DNA from: Neoconidiobolus thromboides FSU 785
Lineage: Eukaryota > Fungi > Entomophthoromycota
Direction of reading: 5' to 3'
DNA length: 64,000 nucleotides
Assembly (NCBI GenBank): GCA_025603075.1
Contig: MU626364.1
Span: 11,108 to 75,107 of the forward strand
The notes under the pieces are model-generated. The model was not told where the DNA came from. It saw only the letters and a program-made list of their open reading frames with translations, and ran no database searches. The position numbers and the translations under genes are program-made. Positions 62,161-64,000 of this stretch are shown piece by piece (positions within the stretch are counted from its first letter, which is position 1; each line of letters begins with the position of its first letter).

Positions 62161-63204
62161 ATGCTAGAATTGGACGATGATCATAAACAAAATTTTATAT
62201 TACCCTTTACAGTATGGTGGATCGTAGTAATAAGTGTTTTAAGTATTATATTAAATACATTGTTAGCTATAGTAATAGTAAGGAAGAAATGGAGCTGGAC
62301 AATTGATATTAAACTAGTATTCTGTCTATCAATAGTGGATATCCTTTTATCATTTGTTATATTGGCTGTTAGCTTGGGTAAATATTTTGCAGAAATCGAT
62401 TTTAATGGCATCCCAGAAGTGTACTGTCAAATTTCAGGAGTATTTATTACCATGGTTGATAACTGCACGCTATTATTCCTTTCGTTGTTAAGTTATGAGA
62501 GATATGTTCTAATATGTAAAAGTCAAACGAACATCCAAAAAAAGTGTTACATATTTATATCAATTTATTTAATATTAGGGTCAATATTAGCTATTATAGC
62601 AGCGAGTATGAAAACATTCAAACCTAGCCCCTCAGCCGGTTATTGTACATTAACAGCACCTATTGAACCAGTTGCACTACCCTATTTTATTTTTATTTTT
62701 ATAACCTTCAATGTTTCATTATTTACAATTACTTATTGCTATTGCAAAATAATTCTGACAAGTAAAAAACAAGTTGAAACTATGAAGATCGACAATATTA
62801 ATGAAACTATAGGCTATTATAGCAACAATATGAATGAAGAAGAAAATCCGTTTCAACGTAAAAGGGAATCAACAATCAACACTAAGGCAACAGAACTAAG
62901 TTATAAAAGTAGTACTCGAATGATAAATAGTAGCAAGGAGCCTGATTTTAAAATATATCCTGAAAAAATCAAAAAGAAAGTATTTCTTCGTGGGTTGTTG
63001 TTTATAATTATTTATATCTTTTGTTTCATACCAAACCTTATCTCCTGGTGGTATGGCGTAGTTACATCTCGACCATGGCCTTATGTTTTTGATGTTTTGA
63101 TTATTTGTACTTTTCATTTTTCTCAATTTTTTAATCCACTTTTGGCTTTAACCCTTCATTCGACCATTAGAGCTGGGTTTCTATCTTGGTTTAAGTCAAA
63201 ATAG
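62161..63204 (+). CDS. Rhodopsin-like (class A-type) 7TM GPCR, 347 aa, intronless
   Basis: Seven hydrophobic segments; TM1 N, TM2 LSIVD, TM3 YCQISG...SYERY, ECL2 GYC, TM6 FIFCFIP, TM7 NPLL. Confidence 0.88.
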   Translation: MLELDDDHKQNFILPFTVWWIVVISVLSIILNTLLAIVIVRKKWSWTIDIKLVFCLSIVDILLSFVILAVSLGKYFAEIDFNGIPEVYCQISGVFITMVDNCTLLFLSLLSYERYVLICKSQTNIQKKCYIFISIYLILGSILAIIAASMKTFKPSPSAGYCTLTAPIEPVALPYFIFIFITFNVSLFTITYCYCKIILTSKKQVETMKIDNINETIGYYSNNMNEEENPFQRKRESTINTKATELSYKSSTRMINSSKEPDFKIYPEKIKKKVFLRGLLFIIIYIFCFIPNLISWWYGVVTSRPWPYVFDVLIICTFHFSQFFNPLLALTLHSTIRAGFLSWFKSK

Positions 63205-63583
63205 GGCTATTTATTTATTAGTTTAATAAGATCATGTAATTAAAATGAATTTTTTGATTTTTGGAACATTTTATTTTATTTTATTAAGGAATAGTTTAAA
63301 ATACATTAATATACACAATAATTAAATATTTACTTGTTTTGTGTAGTATTATATACTCTTTGACTGTAATGTTTTTATATTTTATATTTTATGTTTCTTA
63401 TATTTTTTATATTCTTATTTTAGGTTTTTATATCATATATATATACTTTATTTAAACTCAAATAATATAAAAGAAGATTTATGTTTTTGTATAGTGTAAA
63501 TAAATATTAGTTTCTAAGCTATGGTTAATATTTGTAATTTATTAATGACTTATTTTTTATCATACGATTTTATGGGTTGTTTT

Positions 63584-63890
63584 ATATGGGGTTGTTTTTT
63601 TGGTTTCATTACTTTTTCCATTTTTCAAGCGCTATTTGAGTGGAAAGATTGTAGCAAAACTCTTAAACATAAAAATATATCCCCATATCTCCATATGGGG
63701 ATATTTTTTTTGGCTTCATCACTTCTTCTCTTTTAAATTATTTGAGTGAAAAAATTATTAGTAAAATTCTTAAACACAAAAATACATTTTCATATGTTTA
63801 AGAATTTTGCTAACAGTCTTTCCACTTAAATAGCGCTTACAAAATGGAAAGGTAATGAAGCCAAAAAAAATAGCTCCATATGGGGTTGTC
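63584..63890. mobile_element. Nest of fold-back copies 22-24 (63584-63688 minus, 63693-63795 minus, 63792-63881 plus lacking its left terminus) plus terminal stubs
   Basis: Three consensus-like units joined through ATAT; extra terminus fragments at about 63571, 63689-63696 and 63878-63890. Confidence 0.87.
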
Positions 63891-64000
63891 TGAATTAGTT
63901 TCATTATTTTATCCAATTTTAAAAAAATTTGTATTTTAAAAACTTCGCTTAAAATTCTATAAAATCACATCTTTTATTAAAACAAAAGTACCCAAACACA

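Noticed and set aside
62161-63204. Light-sensing opsin call
   Set aside because: The TM7 retinal-binding Lys position is His.
63521-63736. 71-aa ORF
   Set aside because: It runs through fold-back copies 22-23; chance frame in repeat DNA.
4123-63890. CRISPR-like or satellite interpretation of the ~100-bp repeat
   Set aside because: Copies are dispersed, irregularly spaced, in both orientations and individually diverged; there are no regular spacers or cas genes, and the context is eukaryotic.

Overview
Extremely AT-rich eukaryotic DNA with short (about 50-110 nt) GT-AG introns. The gene content is fungal; an early-diverging Entomophthoromycotina/Conidiobolus-like origin is my inference. Gene-dense housekeeping blocks contain MET10, MLH1, CAB3, LST8, BNA1, NDUFB7, DEG1/PUS3, NDUFS4, NCP1/CPR, SUA7/TFIIB, BUD22 and VPS39. 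Other genes are two tail-to-tail prolyl oligopeptidases (the complete one has a signal peptide), a Zn2Cys6 factor with a full-length tandem pseudogene, an 8-exon orphan coiled-coil gene missed by the ORF track, a C2H2 factor, a DHA2-type MFS transporter and a class-A-like GPCR. All five tRNA genes are tRNA-Lys. The most striking non-genic signal is a dispersed ~100-bp fold-back element with about 24 copies: GGGG...CCCC termini, a 4-bp target-site duplication (usually ATAT), one arm reading like a 48-nt spliceosomal intron (GTAT...TACTAAC...TAG), and a tendency to sit 72-113 bp upstream of tRNA genes. Splice models and repeat boundaries were read by eye; coordinates of degenerate copies are approximate.
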